DNA of 40,229 nt from assembly GCA_016283195.1 (NCBI GenBank), contig JAEEML010000057.1:1-40229 (forward strand). Direction: 5' to 3'. Shown here piece by piece: positions 16,617-25,133 of the stretch. Positions within the stretch are counted from its first letter, which is position 1, and every line of letters starts with the position of its first letter. The position numbers and the translations under genes are program-made. The notes beneath the pieces were generated by a model that was given only the letters and a program-made list of their open reading frames with translations, was not told where the DNA came from and did no database searches. Source of the DNA: Deltaproteobacteria bacterium. Its GTDB lineage: Bacteria > JAEEML01.

Positions 16617-16730
16617 ATATTATTCCATAAAGCGCATCAGGCGCCCTTTAAGGCTTTTGAGCATATATGCTTCACAAAGTTCCGGCAACTAAAAAGAGCA
16701 GGCTTTTGGGGTAAAAATAGTAGCGAATTT

Positions 16731-17312
16731 TTAATGAATAGCCGGGATAAAAAAGAGGTTACTCCGGCTATAGGTGCAATCCGGCGGCGGAATGGCTACC
16801 ACCTTGCGATAATTCCATGAGTAGCCTTGAGCGCGTAAAACGGCAGCCAGTTCCGGGCGAATTTCTTGGTCATCGGCCAGCCAAAGGGTGGCAAAGCCGC
16901 CTGGTCTTAGGTGCTTTTTTAGCTCGGAGAAGAAAGCCTCGCGCTGGCCAAGTCCGCCGAAAACATCAAATAATATGCCGTCATAGCTACCGAGAGTGGG
17001 CAAAATATCCTGCCATTTTCCGGGGAGTATTTGGGTTTTGGCCCGGCTGCAGGCCCACTTTTCGGCTCGCTCTATAATTTGCGGATGCGCTTCGATAATG
17101 GTTTGACTGCGCGGGTTTAGGCTAGCCACAGCCTTGCTGCTGATGCCCATGCCAAAGCCGATTTCCAGTATATCGCCGCGGCGCATAGCCACAATTTCAG
17201 CCATTGTGCGCATTAAGGGCTCTTCCCAGCTCATCATCACCTGGGTTTTATCGCTCTTTACCACGATGCGATCGGGGAGAAATTCCAGCTCTTCATCTAA
17301 ATAATTATCCAC
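16731..17312 (-). CDS. Class I SAM-dependent methyltransferase, RMT2/guanidinoacetate N-methyltransferase-like
   Basis: VMMSWEEPLM, ILEIGFGMGIS, IIEAHPQI, GKWQDIL..L..YDGILFD; GAGGAG RBS before GTG. Confidence 0.85.
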   Translation of the reverse strand: MDNYLDEELEFLPDRIVVKSDKTQVMMSWEEPLMRTMAEIVAMRRGDILEIGFGMGISSKAVASLNPRSQTIIEAHPQIIERAEKWACSRAKTQILPGKWQDILPTLGSYDGILFDVFGGLGQREAFFSELKKHLRPGGFATLWLADDQEIRPELAAVLRAQGYSWNYRKVVAIPPPDCTYSRSNLFFIPAIH

Positions 17313-17349
17313 GCTTTCACTCCTCGGCTCCAGGGCCGCCGGGTGGGGA

Positions 17350-17378
17350 AGTATAGAAAAATTTGGCTATGGTTTCAA
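17350..17378 (-). promoter_or_regulatory. Putative sigma70 promoter for the methyltransferase
   Basis: Minus strand TTGAAA-N17-TATACT. Confidence 0.55.
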
Positions 17379-17421
17379 TAGTAGGAGGTTAGACGCGGCG
17401 CGGCTGATTTTTCCTATTGAC

Positions 17422-17445
17422 TACAACTCGGCTTTTCGAGTTGTA
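17422..17445. promoter_or_regulatory. Perfect 9-bp inverted repeat in a divergent intergenic region (operator candidate)
   Basis: TACAACTCG-N6-CGAGTTGTA. Confidence 0.4.
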
Positions 17446-17510
17446 TCTTTCCACAATGAGTAACCAAAGGAGGCAGAAGAGCCATTCTTTGGCATTTTAT
17501 GGAGGTTAAG

Positions 17511-18149
17511 ATGAAAAAAGGTTTGTTAATTGTAAGTTTGGCGGGAATGCTGGCACTTATGGGCTGCGGCGGTGAAAAAAAGGGCGAGTCAGGTAGCTCC
17601 AGCGGGCAAAAAACACAAAATTCCCAAAATAACCCCGGTAATACCCAAAATGATCCCGGTGATTCCCAGAGCGACTTGATTCTCTCCACGCAAATTGGCG
17701 CCTGCGGCGAGGATTTGACTATCAGCGGGACGAAGAAAAGCAAGGTACCATTTATGTTGCTTAAAGCCGACGGTGCCACAGAGCTGGATGGCGCCTCGGA
17801 TGATGAAAACAGCGAAGTTTTGCGCTGGAGCTACGATGCCGCCAGTGGTGTTTTGACACTCCTCCATGATAACCACTGCGATAATTGTGCCTATAAATTT
17901 ACCTTTGAACTGACAGGAAAAGATGGTTCTTATAAACTAAGTGAAAGCGGCTCTCCCAATTACGACCCGGAGAAAGAAATGGTTGATTGTATCCCGATGG
18001 GCTGCCTCTATGATTTAAAACTGAGTGCCAAAGTGCCAAGCGGCAAAATTAAGCTGGATTTCTCACCATTTTGGAGTGGTGAAATTGATTTGTCTCAGGC
18101 TTCCGGCGCTATTACCTTGACGAGAGAAGGTGAATGTAACGCCTATTAA
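17511..18149 (+). CDS. Hypothetical Cys-containing lipoprotein
   Basis: GGAGG RBS before ATG 17511; lipobox LMGC; low-complexity linker; CDNC and DC..GCLYDL motifs. Confidence 0.8.
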   Translation: MKKGLLIVSLAGMLALMGCGGEKKGESGSSSGQKTQNSQNNPGNTQNDPGDSQSDLILSTQIGACGEDLTISGTKKSKVPFMLLKADGATELDGASDDENSEVLRWSYDAASGVLTLLHDNHCDNCAYKFTFELTGKDGSYKLSESGSPNYDPEKEMVDCIPMGCLYDLKLSAKVPSGKIKLDFSPFWSGEIDLSQASGAITLTREGECNAY

Positions 18150-18217
18150 ACAGGCGCGTAACATCTTGGCTCTGGTGAACTGAAATATTTTATATAATTC
18201 TCCTCCGGCTTTTCGCA

Positions 18218-18302
18218 TCCCTCACCCCCTGGCCCCCTCTCCATTTTGACAAATGGAGAGGGACAAGCTGCAATAATTTCCACCAATCGCGAGGGTGAGG
18301 GA
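18218..18302. repeat. Nested inverted repeat of the CCCTCACCCC..CCCTCTCC..GGAGAGGG REP-like type
   Basis: CCCTCTCCATTT/AAATGGAGAGGG (18235-18262) inside TCCCTCACCC (18218-18227)/GGGTGAGGGA (18293-18302); lies between convergent genes. Confidence 0.6.
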
Positions 18303-18348
18303 AGTAAAAGATGGAGAAGGCGCGCGCCGCTGACTTTAGTGCGGGCTC

Positions 18349-19800
18349 TCAAAAAAACGACCTGGTCATCACAATATTGAAAGAGGTTTCTCTATAGGGC
18401 AAAAAGGTTTGGCTGATATAATAATTAACATGGCAATCTCTAAAAGCTTGCAAAGTGACCAAAAGACCGCCACCGCCGGAAAGGGCAAAAGCCTCTTTGG
18501 CCGTGGCGACAAATTTGCCGTTATTCCAGGCTTCGCCGGCATCTAAAAAGAGAGCCGCCTGCAGCGTAAAATTGCCCAGAGCTTTAAAAATAAGGCGTAC
18601 ATCGTGAACAATGCGGACTCTAAGCTCCATATTGCCGTATAAGACATTTTGGCCGATAAATTGTGTAGCCCTATAGCCGCGCACATTGGTGAGCCCGATA
18701 CCGCGACCGCCAACGAGCAGATTTTCGAAATTATCCGAGCCGATATTTAACTGATCGAGCGGATCTTCGGCACTGGTGTGGCCCAGGCCGGCCCGTAGCG
18801 TTAGGTCAAAATAGGTGCCAAGAGGAAAATGGCCGGTATAGATAGCGGCCAAAGTGAGAAAATTACTTCCTGACCCCCAGGCAGTATGTGAAGCCACAGC
18901 CAGAGCGTGAAATTCATGACCCTGCCAGCGATATTGTTGCAAAAGCGCCGGCATACCCACTTTTAGATCCAAAACTCCCAGGGAAAGAGGCGTTACTCCG
19001 ACAGGTGTGCGCTCCAAAGCCGGCAACTCAGCCCCGGTTAGAGCATTTTCTAAATATTCCGAATAATTATCCAGTGAATATACCTCGCGGAACAAAAGTA
19101 GATAGCGGAAAGAAATCTGCACCAGGCGTGGCAGGACCTCATAAGAAAGATCAAAAAGACCACCGCGCAAGAATACCTCATAATTCTTTTCCGGAATTAG
19201 CCACTTGTAGTGCCCGGCATCATAAGATTTTTGCAATGAAATAGGCAGGCGGCGCCCTTTATTGGGGTAGTGGGAAATTGCGTTGCCGGTCATCACCAGT
19301 TCGATATTAAAACGGGTATTTTGGCCAAAAATATTGGGCGCGGTGAACCAGGCATTGACCAGGTGTTGCCCCTCGCGCCAGGTGTAAATGCCGCCGACCT
19401 CCAGCATGGAACCAAAAATACTGGGCACATAAAAGCCCAGCTGAAAAAGCCTAAAGGCCCCGAATTGCAAACCAAAAGAGGGGACAATCGGCCAGACATC
19501 GGCCACACTGAGCTCTATGGCCAGAGTTCTGTCCGGGAGCTCATTTATGTTAAGCTCTACTTTTTTGAAAAGCCCGCTGTTTTTTAGCCGCTGGATATCA
19601 TCGCCCCACACTGTGGCATTATAGCAATCGCCCTCTTTTTGCGTGAGGTAGCGACTAAGGGGCTTTTGTTTGGTAAAACCGGTGATATTATAAGAAATTT
19701 TGGCTATTTTTTGGCACTCTTCCGCCTCGCCGGCAGCTTGCGCTATGTCAGCGAACAAGGTGAAAATAACGAGGCATATTGTGAAAATCACCCTAGCCAT
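18349..19800 (-). CDS. Omp85/BamA-TamA family outer membrane protein with a single POTRA-like domain
   Basis: Signal peptide; D.QRLKNSGLF..V POTRA motif; VRGY; ALFLDAG.AW; terminal Phe. Confidence 0.8.
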   Translation of the reverse strand: MARVIFTICLVIFTLFADIAQAAGEAEECQKIAKISYNITGFTKQKPLSRYLTQKEGDCYNATVWGDDIQRLKNSGLFKKVELNINELPDRTLAIELSVADVWPIVPSFGLQFGAFRLFQLGFYVPSIFGSMLEVGGIYTWREGQHLVNAWFTAPNIFGQNTRFNIELVMTGNAISHYPNKGRRLPISLQKSYDAGHYKWLIPEKNYEVFLRGGLFDLSYEVLPRLVQISFRYLLLFREVYSLDNYSEYLENALTGAELPALERTPVGVTPLSLGVLDLKVGMPALLQQYRWQGHEFHALAVASHTAWGSGSNFLTLAAIYTGHFPLGTYFDLTLRAGLGHTSAEDPLDQLNIGSDNFENLLVGGRGIGLTNVRGYRATQFIGQNVLYGNMELRVRIVHDVRLIFKALGNFTLQAALFLDAGEAWNNGKFVATAKEAFALSGGGGLLVTLQAFRDCHVNYYISQTFLPYRETSFNIVMTRSFF

Positions 19801-19862
19801 AGGTTGCCTTTAGTGTGAGAGCGCTTTTTTTGTCAATAGATAAGTTATTACTGGGCTATAAG

Positions 19863-19880
19863 CGGAGCTTTTAAGCTCCG
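19863..19880 (-). terminator. Putative terminator hairpin after the chaperone-partner operon
   Basis: CGGAGCTT-TT-AAGCTCCG just downstream of the stop at 19904; weak U-tract. Confidence 0.35.
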
Positions 19881-19903
19881 GCGAAAAGTATGGCTCTGCT
19901 CTG

Positions 19904-20785
19904 TTATTGCAAGCTGGGGCCCATGCCGGCTCCGGCGCCGTTTTGGGCCATTTGCTGGCCTAAAATGGCAGCTGTGCCGTTTTGAATGTTTTTAGCGCAA
20001 GCTCCGGCTACCAAAAGGAGCATCAGATCCATCATTTGGCCGGCACCCTCTTTTTGGGCTTCCAGGAGGCGCTTAATCATCTCGCTGTCAAATGGATTCT
20101 TCTCATCGGCTTTTTGCGGCTGATTTTGGGCTGCAGCCTGCTGGGCGGCTACGGCTTTGGGGCTGCTTTTTACGAGCGACATGGCAAACATAAATTGCAT
20201 GTGCGGAGGCATGTGGCGCATCATTCTGGCCAAAGCTTTGGCTTCACCGTGTGAATAGCCCATGGCTTCCAGCTTGTGGGTTAATCTCATCTGGGCACCG
20301 CACCCGCCATGGCGCGCAGTGTTTACTAAATCCATAACCTGGCACATTTCATGCAATTTTTTGAAATCGGCAGCCTCTTTCTGATTGCGGCTCTCGGCGG
20401 CTTCGATGAGAGATTTGGCATCTTCGGTATCCATTTTGCCCATAGCTACCATGATGACAGCCATCATCAGTTCCATTTGATCGGGGGTGAGCGGGCCGTT
20501 ATTTTGCACTGCCATTCCGCCAAGGGCATTGGAAACAGTGGCGAGGTCTCTAGCTGTTTGCATGGCCTGCGCCATATTGACAACAATGGCTCCGGCGAGA
20601 GCAAAATTAGCGGCAGCTACAGCCTGTTGCTGCGAGCTTCCTTGGACAAAGCTGTCTTTGTCGTTTTGTAATCTTTGCTGCTTTTCCTCAGCTTTACCGG
20701 TCCGGCCCATGTGAATGTCGGGAGTTATTACATGATTTAAACCACCGGTCATTACAGTACTGATGCCACCTAACAAACTAGCCAT
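19904..20785 (-). CDS. Hypothetical Met/Ala/Gln-rich protein, candidate T3SS translocator-like chaperone client
   Basis: AAGGAG RBS; 23 nt downstream of the SycD-like gene; three hydrophobic stretches; no signal peptide. Confidence 0.65.
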   Translation of the reverse strand: MASLLGGISTVMTGGLNHVITPDIHMGRTGKAEEKQQRLQNDKDSFVQGSSQQQAVAAANFALAGAIVVNMAQAMQTARDLATVSNALGGMAVQNNGPLTPDQMELMMAVIMVAMGKMDTEDAKSLIEAAESRNQKEAADFKKLHEMCQVMDLVNTARHGGCGAQMRLTHKLEAMGYSHGEAKALARMMRHMPPHMQFMFAMSLVKSSPKAVAAQQAAAQNQPQKADEKNPFDSEMIKRLLEAQKEGAGQMMDLMLLLVAGACAKNIQNGTAAILGQQMAQNGAGAGMGPSLQ

Positions 20786-20808
20786 TTTTTACTCCTTATT
20801 ATTTAAGG

Positions 20809-21372
20809 TTAATTATCGTTATCATCTTCTGCCATATCGGCATCTATTTCCGGGCGGTCAAACTCACCTGGCTCCATTTTTTCGGCGATGAGTTGTAACT
20901 TTTTGGCCCGATTCATGAGCTCAATTTCCTGGCTGTCTTTAGCCGGCAGCAAAAAAGCCGCCTTTAAAATATCAAGAGCATAACCGGGCGATTTTAGATG
21001 AATATCACATTCGGCGGCCCGCACATAAGCCTCCAAAAGTTTGCTACTGCGGTTTAAAGCGGTGGTAAAAGCAAAACGGGCCATTTCCCAGTTTTCATTT
21101 ATTTGCAAGACAATGCCGTAAGTAAGCCAGTATTCGGCAGTGTAAGGATCCACCGAGGTGAGCATAGCCAAAACTTTGTCGGCAGTGTCGTAATCTTTGC
21201 GCACAATGGCCTGGCGGGCAAATTGGTGCAAATTATCCAGCTCTTCGCGCGGGATTTGCATGAGCTCGGCCACGCTTACCTGGCCTTGCTTGAACATATC
21301 CAGCAATTTATTAAATAAATCTGGACCTATTTCTTCTTTCATTTCATTAACTACATCCGGGGATACTTCCAT
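20809..21372 (-). CDS. SycD/LcrH (CesD)-like TPR chaperone
   Basis: S.AELMQIP.EELD.L...A......DY..A..V...L...DPY..EYWL.YG...Q....W..A...F..A.......Y..AAEC pattern; AAGGAGGA RBS favours ATG 21372. Confidence 0.75.
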   Translation of the reverse strand: MEVSPDVVNEMKEEIGPDLFNKLLDMFKQGQVSVAELMQIPREELDNLHQFARQAIVRKDYDTADKVLAMLTSVDPYTAEYWLTYGIVLQINENWEMARFAFTTALNRSSKLLEAYVRAAECDIHLKSPGYALDILKAAFLLPAKDSQEIELMNRAKKLQLIAEKMEPGEFDRPEIDADMAEDDNDN

Positions 21373-21509
21373 CTGTTCCTCCTTACAAGAAGCACAAACG
21401 GCGTACACATAATAGTGGCGAATAGGCTAAAAAATTTCTTTAACATTTTCTGCAAATTCTTATAAAGAGAGTTTTGTTGTTACGCCAGAAGGCAAAATTA
21501 AAAAAGTGT

Positions 21510-23474
21510 ATGACCATGGAAGCAACTATTTTATCGTTTTTAGAAAAAAATTCTATAGAGCGCGGGTTAGTGCCCGCTTATTGCGAGCTAAATGAGCAGG
21601 CGGAATTGCAGCACACGGTAACTTACGGCGAATTATATAAAAAAGTTACCGCCGCCGCTTATACCATTGCCGCGACTTTGCCGCCTTGCGGGCGGGTTAT
21701 TATTGCTTTGCCCGATGGAACCGATTTTATCACAGCTTTACTTGGCACTATGTGGGCCGGCGGTGTAGCCGTGCCCTACGCTCCGCCGGATTTGCACCGC
21801 GGGGTAACCTATTTGGAGAATTTGCAAAAGCTTATTGACAGTACCGAGCCGGCGCTGATTATCGTTAGTGAGACTTTTCTTAATTCGGCGGTCAGGCCGG
21901 CGCGCTTTTTAGCCGGTAAAGGGCTCAAATGGCTGGTTCCGGCTTGGAAAAACGGCACCCTTAAGCAAATGACCACCGAGCCGGCTATGTTGCAATATAC
22001 ATCCGGTTCAACCTCCGAGCCCAAAGGGGCTATCGTTACGCATAAGGCGCTGGTAAATAGTTTGGAAATGGTGAAAAAAGCCTTTGAATTTGATGAAAAT
22101 ACGCGCTTCCTCACCTGGTTGCCGATGCATCACAATATGGGGCTTATCGGCAATATTTTGGAAAACATCTATTTGGGCAGCACCTGTTATCTTTTTCCCA
22201 GGGAGGAGGTGCTTAAGAACCCGCTTGCCCTCGCTAAAGCCTTGGAAAAATATCAAATAAGTTGTTCCGGCGGGCCGAATTTTGCCCTTAATTTACTGGC
22301 TGAGGCCCTTATAAATGCCCCGAAAGATTTTAAAGTTGATTTATCAAAATGGCGGGAAGCTTTTTGCGGTTCTGAAACTATCGACCCGGATTTATTACGA
22401 AAATTCGATGCATTAAAAGAGCGTTATCAAGTGGATTCCAGCGTTTTGATTCCCTGCTACGGTTTATCGGAAGCCACTTTGGTGGTGACAGTTAAGCAGC
22501 CCAAAGGGAGTTTTTCCCGCTTAGAAACTATAAATGGGCACAGAATTGTTTCCTGCGGCCGGCCCTGTGTCGGGGTGGAGCTAAAGACTATAAATGACGA
22601 GCTTTTTGTTAAAAGCACTGCCCTCGCCGAGGGCTATTGGCATGGAGAACGCTTCCCCGAATGGCTGGAAACAGGGGATTTGGCCCAAATAGTTGGCGGG
22701 GAGCTTTTTATATATGGGCGCAAAAAAGAGATAATCATCATTGGCGGCAAAAATTATTATGCCCGGGATATTGAGTCGGCCATAAAAGAGCGTTTTGCTC
22801 CGGCTGTAGCCGAGATTGTGGCTCTGCCTATAAGTGATGTTGTTTTGGGCACCGAGCAGCTGGGGCTTTTAGTGGCCATAAATACCCAGGAATACCCGGC
22901 GCAGCAAGCCTCTGAGATAAGACAATTTGTATATAATAAATTTGCTTTAAATATAGGTAAGATGCTGGTTGTGGAACGGGCACTTTTGCCAACTACGCCA
23001 AACGGTAAAATAAAACGCGATGGCGCTCTAAAGCTCCTGAAAAATGCTGCCGCGCCAAAATTTTTTACCGATAAAATGAGCAATTTCAGCCAGCTAAGTA
23101 AAAAGCCGACAACCGAAGAAATAGCCGCCTTTTGCTCTTTATGGATAGAACAAAACGGCGGCGAGATTGTGGGAGAGAAGGGCTTTACGGCTGATTTAAC
23201 GAGCCTGGGCCTAGATTCCTTAAAGCTTGCTCTCTTGTTGGGAGCGCTGGAAGAGTGGCTTGATAAGAGTATTTCCGCTTGGATATTTGGAGAGTGCCAA
23301 ACAATTAAGGCTCTTGCCACTAAATTATTTAGACAATACGATAACTTGCCTGATAGAAATGTTGTCCACGCCGGCGATAAAAAAATAGATTTAGCGGCCG
23401 CCGAGAGCTATTTGGCCGCTATGGATAAGTTAAGCACCGAAGAACTAAGAGCGCAGTTAAATGCCGGTAATTAA
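21510..23474 (+). CDS. Fatty acyl-AMP ligase-like adenylation domain fused to a carrier (ACP) domain
   Basis: LQYTSGSTSEPKG, WLPMHHNMGLIG, GGPNFA, PCYGLSEATL, VSCG, TGDL, GRKKE.II..G.N.Y..DIE, T.NGKIKR, LGLDSL; ATG 21510 or 21516 more likely than TTG 21474. Confidence 0.88.
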   Translation: MTMEATILSFLEKNSIERGLVPAYCELNEQAELQHTVTYGELYKKVTAAAYTIAATLPPCGRVIIALPDGTDFITALLGTMWAGGVAVPYAPPDLHRGVTYLENLQKLIDSTEPALIIVSETFLNSAVRPARFLAGKGLKWLVPAWKNGTLKQMTTEPAMLQYTSGSTSEPKGAIVTHKALVNSLEMVKKAFEFDENTRFLTWLPMHHNMGLIGNILENIYLGSTCYLFPREEVLKNPLALAKALEKYQISCSGGPNFALNLLAEALINAPKDFKVDLSKWREAFCGSETIDPDLLRKFDALKERYQVDSSVLIPCYGLSEATLVVTVKQPKGSFSRLETINGHRIVSCGRPCVGVELKTINDELFVKSTALAEGYWHGERFPEWLETGDLAQIVGGELFIYGRKKEIIIIGGKNYYARDIESAIKERFAPAVAEIVALPISDVVLGTEQLGLLVAINTQEYPAQQASEIRQFVYNKFALNIGKMLVVERALLPTTPNGKIKRDGALKLLKNAAAPKFFTDKMSNFSQLSKKPTTEEIAAFCSLWIEQNGGEIVGEKGFTADLTSLGLDSLKLALLLGALEEWLDKSISAWIFGECQTIKALATKLFRQYDNLPDRNVVHAGDKKIDLAAAESYLAAMDKLSTEELRAQLNAGN

Positions 23475-23503
23475 AAATAATTTAGTATTTTGCGCTTGGG
23501 TGG

Positions 23504-24355
23504 CTATTCTTTGGCCAGCTCGTCATTTAAGCCCATAACCACCATATTGTGGCTATCGGCAGCTTTTATGAGCTCATCCGGGTCCAGCATGAGGCTACGG
23601 CCGGCCTCTATGCCTAAAAGAGTGGCGCCGCACTCGGCCATGTTTTTGATGGTATTAAGCCCCACAGCCGGCAGATCAAAGCGCGTATCCTGGCCCGGTT
23701 TACAAATTTTTACCAGCGCCACATCGCCGTTTTGGGCATAAGAGGCGCCGCGCTTTAAGCAATTATCGGTGCCCTCTATGGCCTCTATGGCGAGAACAAT
23801 GCCGCGGCAGACTACCACAGCTTGGCCGATATCAAATCGGCCCAGCTCTTTGGCCAAGCGAAAGCCGTATTTTAAATCGGCCAGCTGCTCTTTAGTGGGC
23901 TTACGGCGCGTCATTACGCCCAGGGGGGCCAGGGCCTCGGTCAAATAGACGGTAGAGGGGACAATTTCTATGCCATTTTGCGCAAAGACGCCGGCAATGG
24001 TGCGCAAAAGCTCATCATCGCGCTTTAAGAGCAACTTGGCCAAAAGGCGCATGGTGGTATAGTCTATGGGCTGTACTTGAAAAAAGCGTTCCTTTTTGAC
24101 ACCGCCGGCCATAGCGGCAAAATGCACATCATGTTTTTTGAATAATTTTAGCATTTTGCCGAGGCGTCCCACTTCTACCCAGTAAAAGTGTGCGACTTCG
24201 CTCTCCAGCTCCGGCGGTGTTTCGCCCTTGATGGCGAGAGCTATAACCTCTTTGCCGGCTGCTTTGGCCGCTTTGGCAAAAAGCAGGGGAAAGCGCCCAT
24301 TGCCGGCGATAAGGCCGATGCGCGGCGCCGTTTCCAAGGTGCTATGCTCCGACAT
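23504..24355 (-). CDS. lpxI: UDP-2,3-diacylglucosamine diphosphatase LpxI
   Basis: GLIAGNGRFP, DIGQAVVV, AIEAIEGTD, KPGQDTRFDLPAVG; follows lpxA. Confidence 0.93.
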   Translation of the reverse strand: MSEHSTLETAPRIGLIAGNGRFPLLFAKAAKAAGKEVIALAIKGETPPELESEVAHFYWVEVGRLGKMLKLFKKHDVHFAAMAGGVKKERFFQVQPIDYTTMRLLAKLLLKRDDELLRTIAGVFAQNGIEIVPSTVYLTEALAPLGVMTRRKPTKEQLADLKYGFRLAKELGRFDIGQAVVVCRGIVLAIEAIEGTDNCLKRGASYAQNGDVALVKICKPGQDTRFDLPAVGLNTIKNMAECGATLLGIEAGRSLMLDPDELIKAADSHNMVVMGLNDELAKE

Positions 24356-25133
24356 ATTGGCAATATCCCCGTTTGCTTGCGGCCAGAAAATCCAAAAAGT
24401 GGCTAAAATCTTCGTCCATTTGCGGCATCTTTTCGCGGGCGGCGGCCAGGCGCTTATCTATGGGGAGCGGCGAAGTAACAATAAAATTAAAGAGCTCTTT
24501 AAAGGCGCTTATTTTGGCAACCGGCCACTTATGGCGGCGCAGGCCTTCTAAATTGGGCCCAATGAGGCGGGCGCGGTTGCCGTGCACAATGCAAAAAGGC
24601 GGCACGTCTTGGGTGACTTTGGCGCCGCCGGCCAAAAAAGCGCCCCGGCCCACGCGGCAGAATTGATGAATACCGGAAAGACCGCCGAAAATGGCTTCGT
24701 CTTCCACCTGCACATGGCCGCTAAGGCCCACAGAATTGGCTAAAATGACATTATTGCCCACGAGGCAATCGTGAGCTACATGGCTATAGGCCATAAAAAG
24801 GCCGTTATTGCCTATTTTGGTGACCATATTGCCGCCCGCTGTACCGCGATGCACAGTGGCTCCCTCACGGAAGGTATTATTATCGCCGATTTCGGTAGAG
24901 CTCTCTTCCCCGCGATATTTTAGATCCTGGGGAGCGAGGCCAATGGAAGCAAAGGGATAAAAGGTGTTATTGCGCCCAATGACAGTTTTCCCGCCCAGCA
25001 CCACATGGCTTATGAGGGTGCTGCCGGCGCCGATAATCACTTCCGGACCAATAGTGCAAAAGGGGCCGACAGTGACATCAGAAGCCAATTCAGCCTTTTT
25101 ATCAACAATGCTGCTTTCGTGTATAATTGCCAC
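24342..25133 (-). CDS. lpxA: Acyl-ACP--UDP-N-acetylglucosamine O-acyltransferase
   Basis: Hexapeptide repeats; PQDLKY.GE, FREGATVHRGT, YSHVAHDC, IHQFCRVG. Confidence 0.97.
   Translation of the reverse strand: MAIIHESSIVDKKAELASDVTVGPFCTIGPEVIIGAGSTLISHVVLGGKTVIGRNNTFYPFASIGLAPQDLKYRGEESSTEIGDNNTFREGATVHRGTAGGNMVTKIGNNGLFMAYSHVAHDCLVGNNVILANSVGLSGHVQVEDEAIFGGLSGIHQFCRVGRGAFLAGGAKVTQDVPPFCIVHGNRARLIGPNLEGLRRHKWPVAKISAFKELFNFIVTSPLPIDKRLAAAREKMPQMDEDFSHFLDFLAASKRGYCQYVGA

Noticed and set aside
18146-18352. 68-aa minus-strand ORF
   Set aside because: Its sequence (PSPF..ERGPGGEG) is simply the translation of the REP-like repeat.
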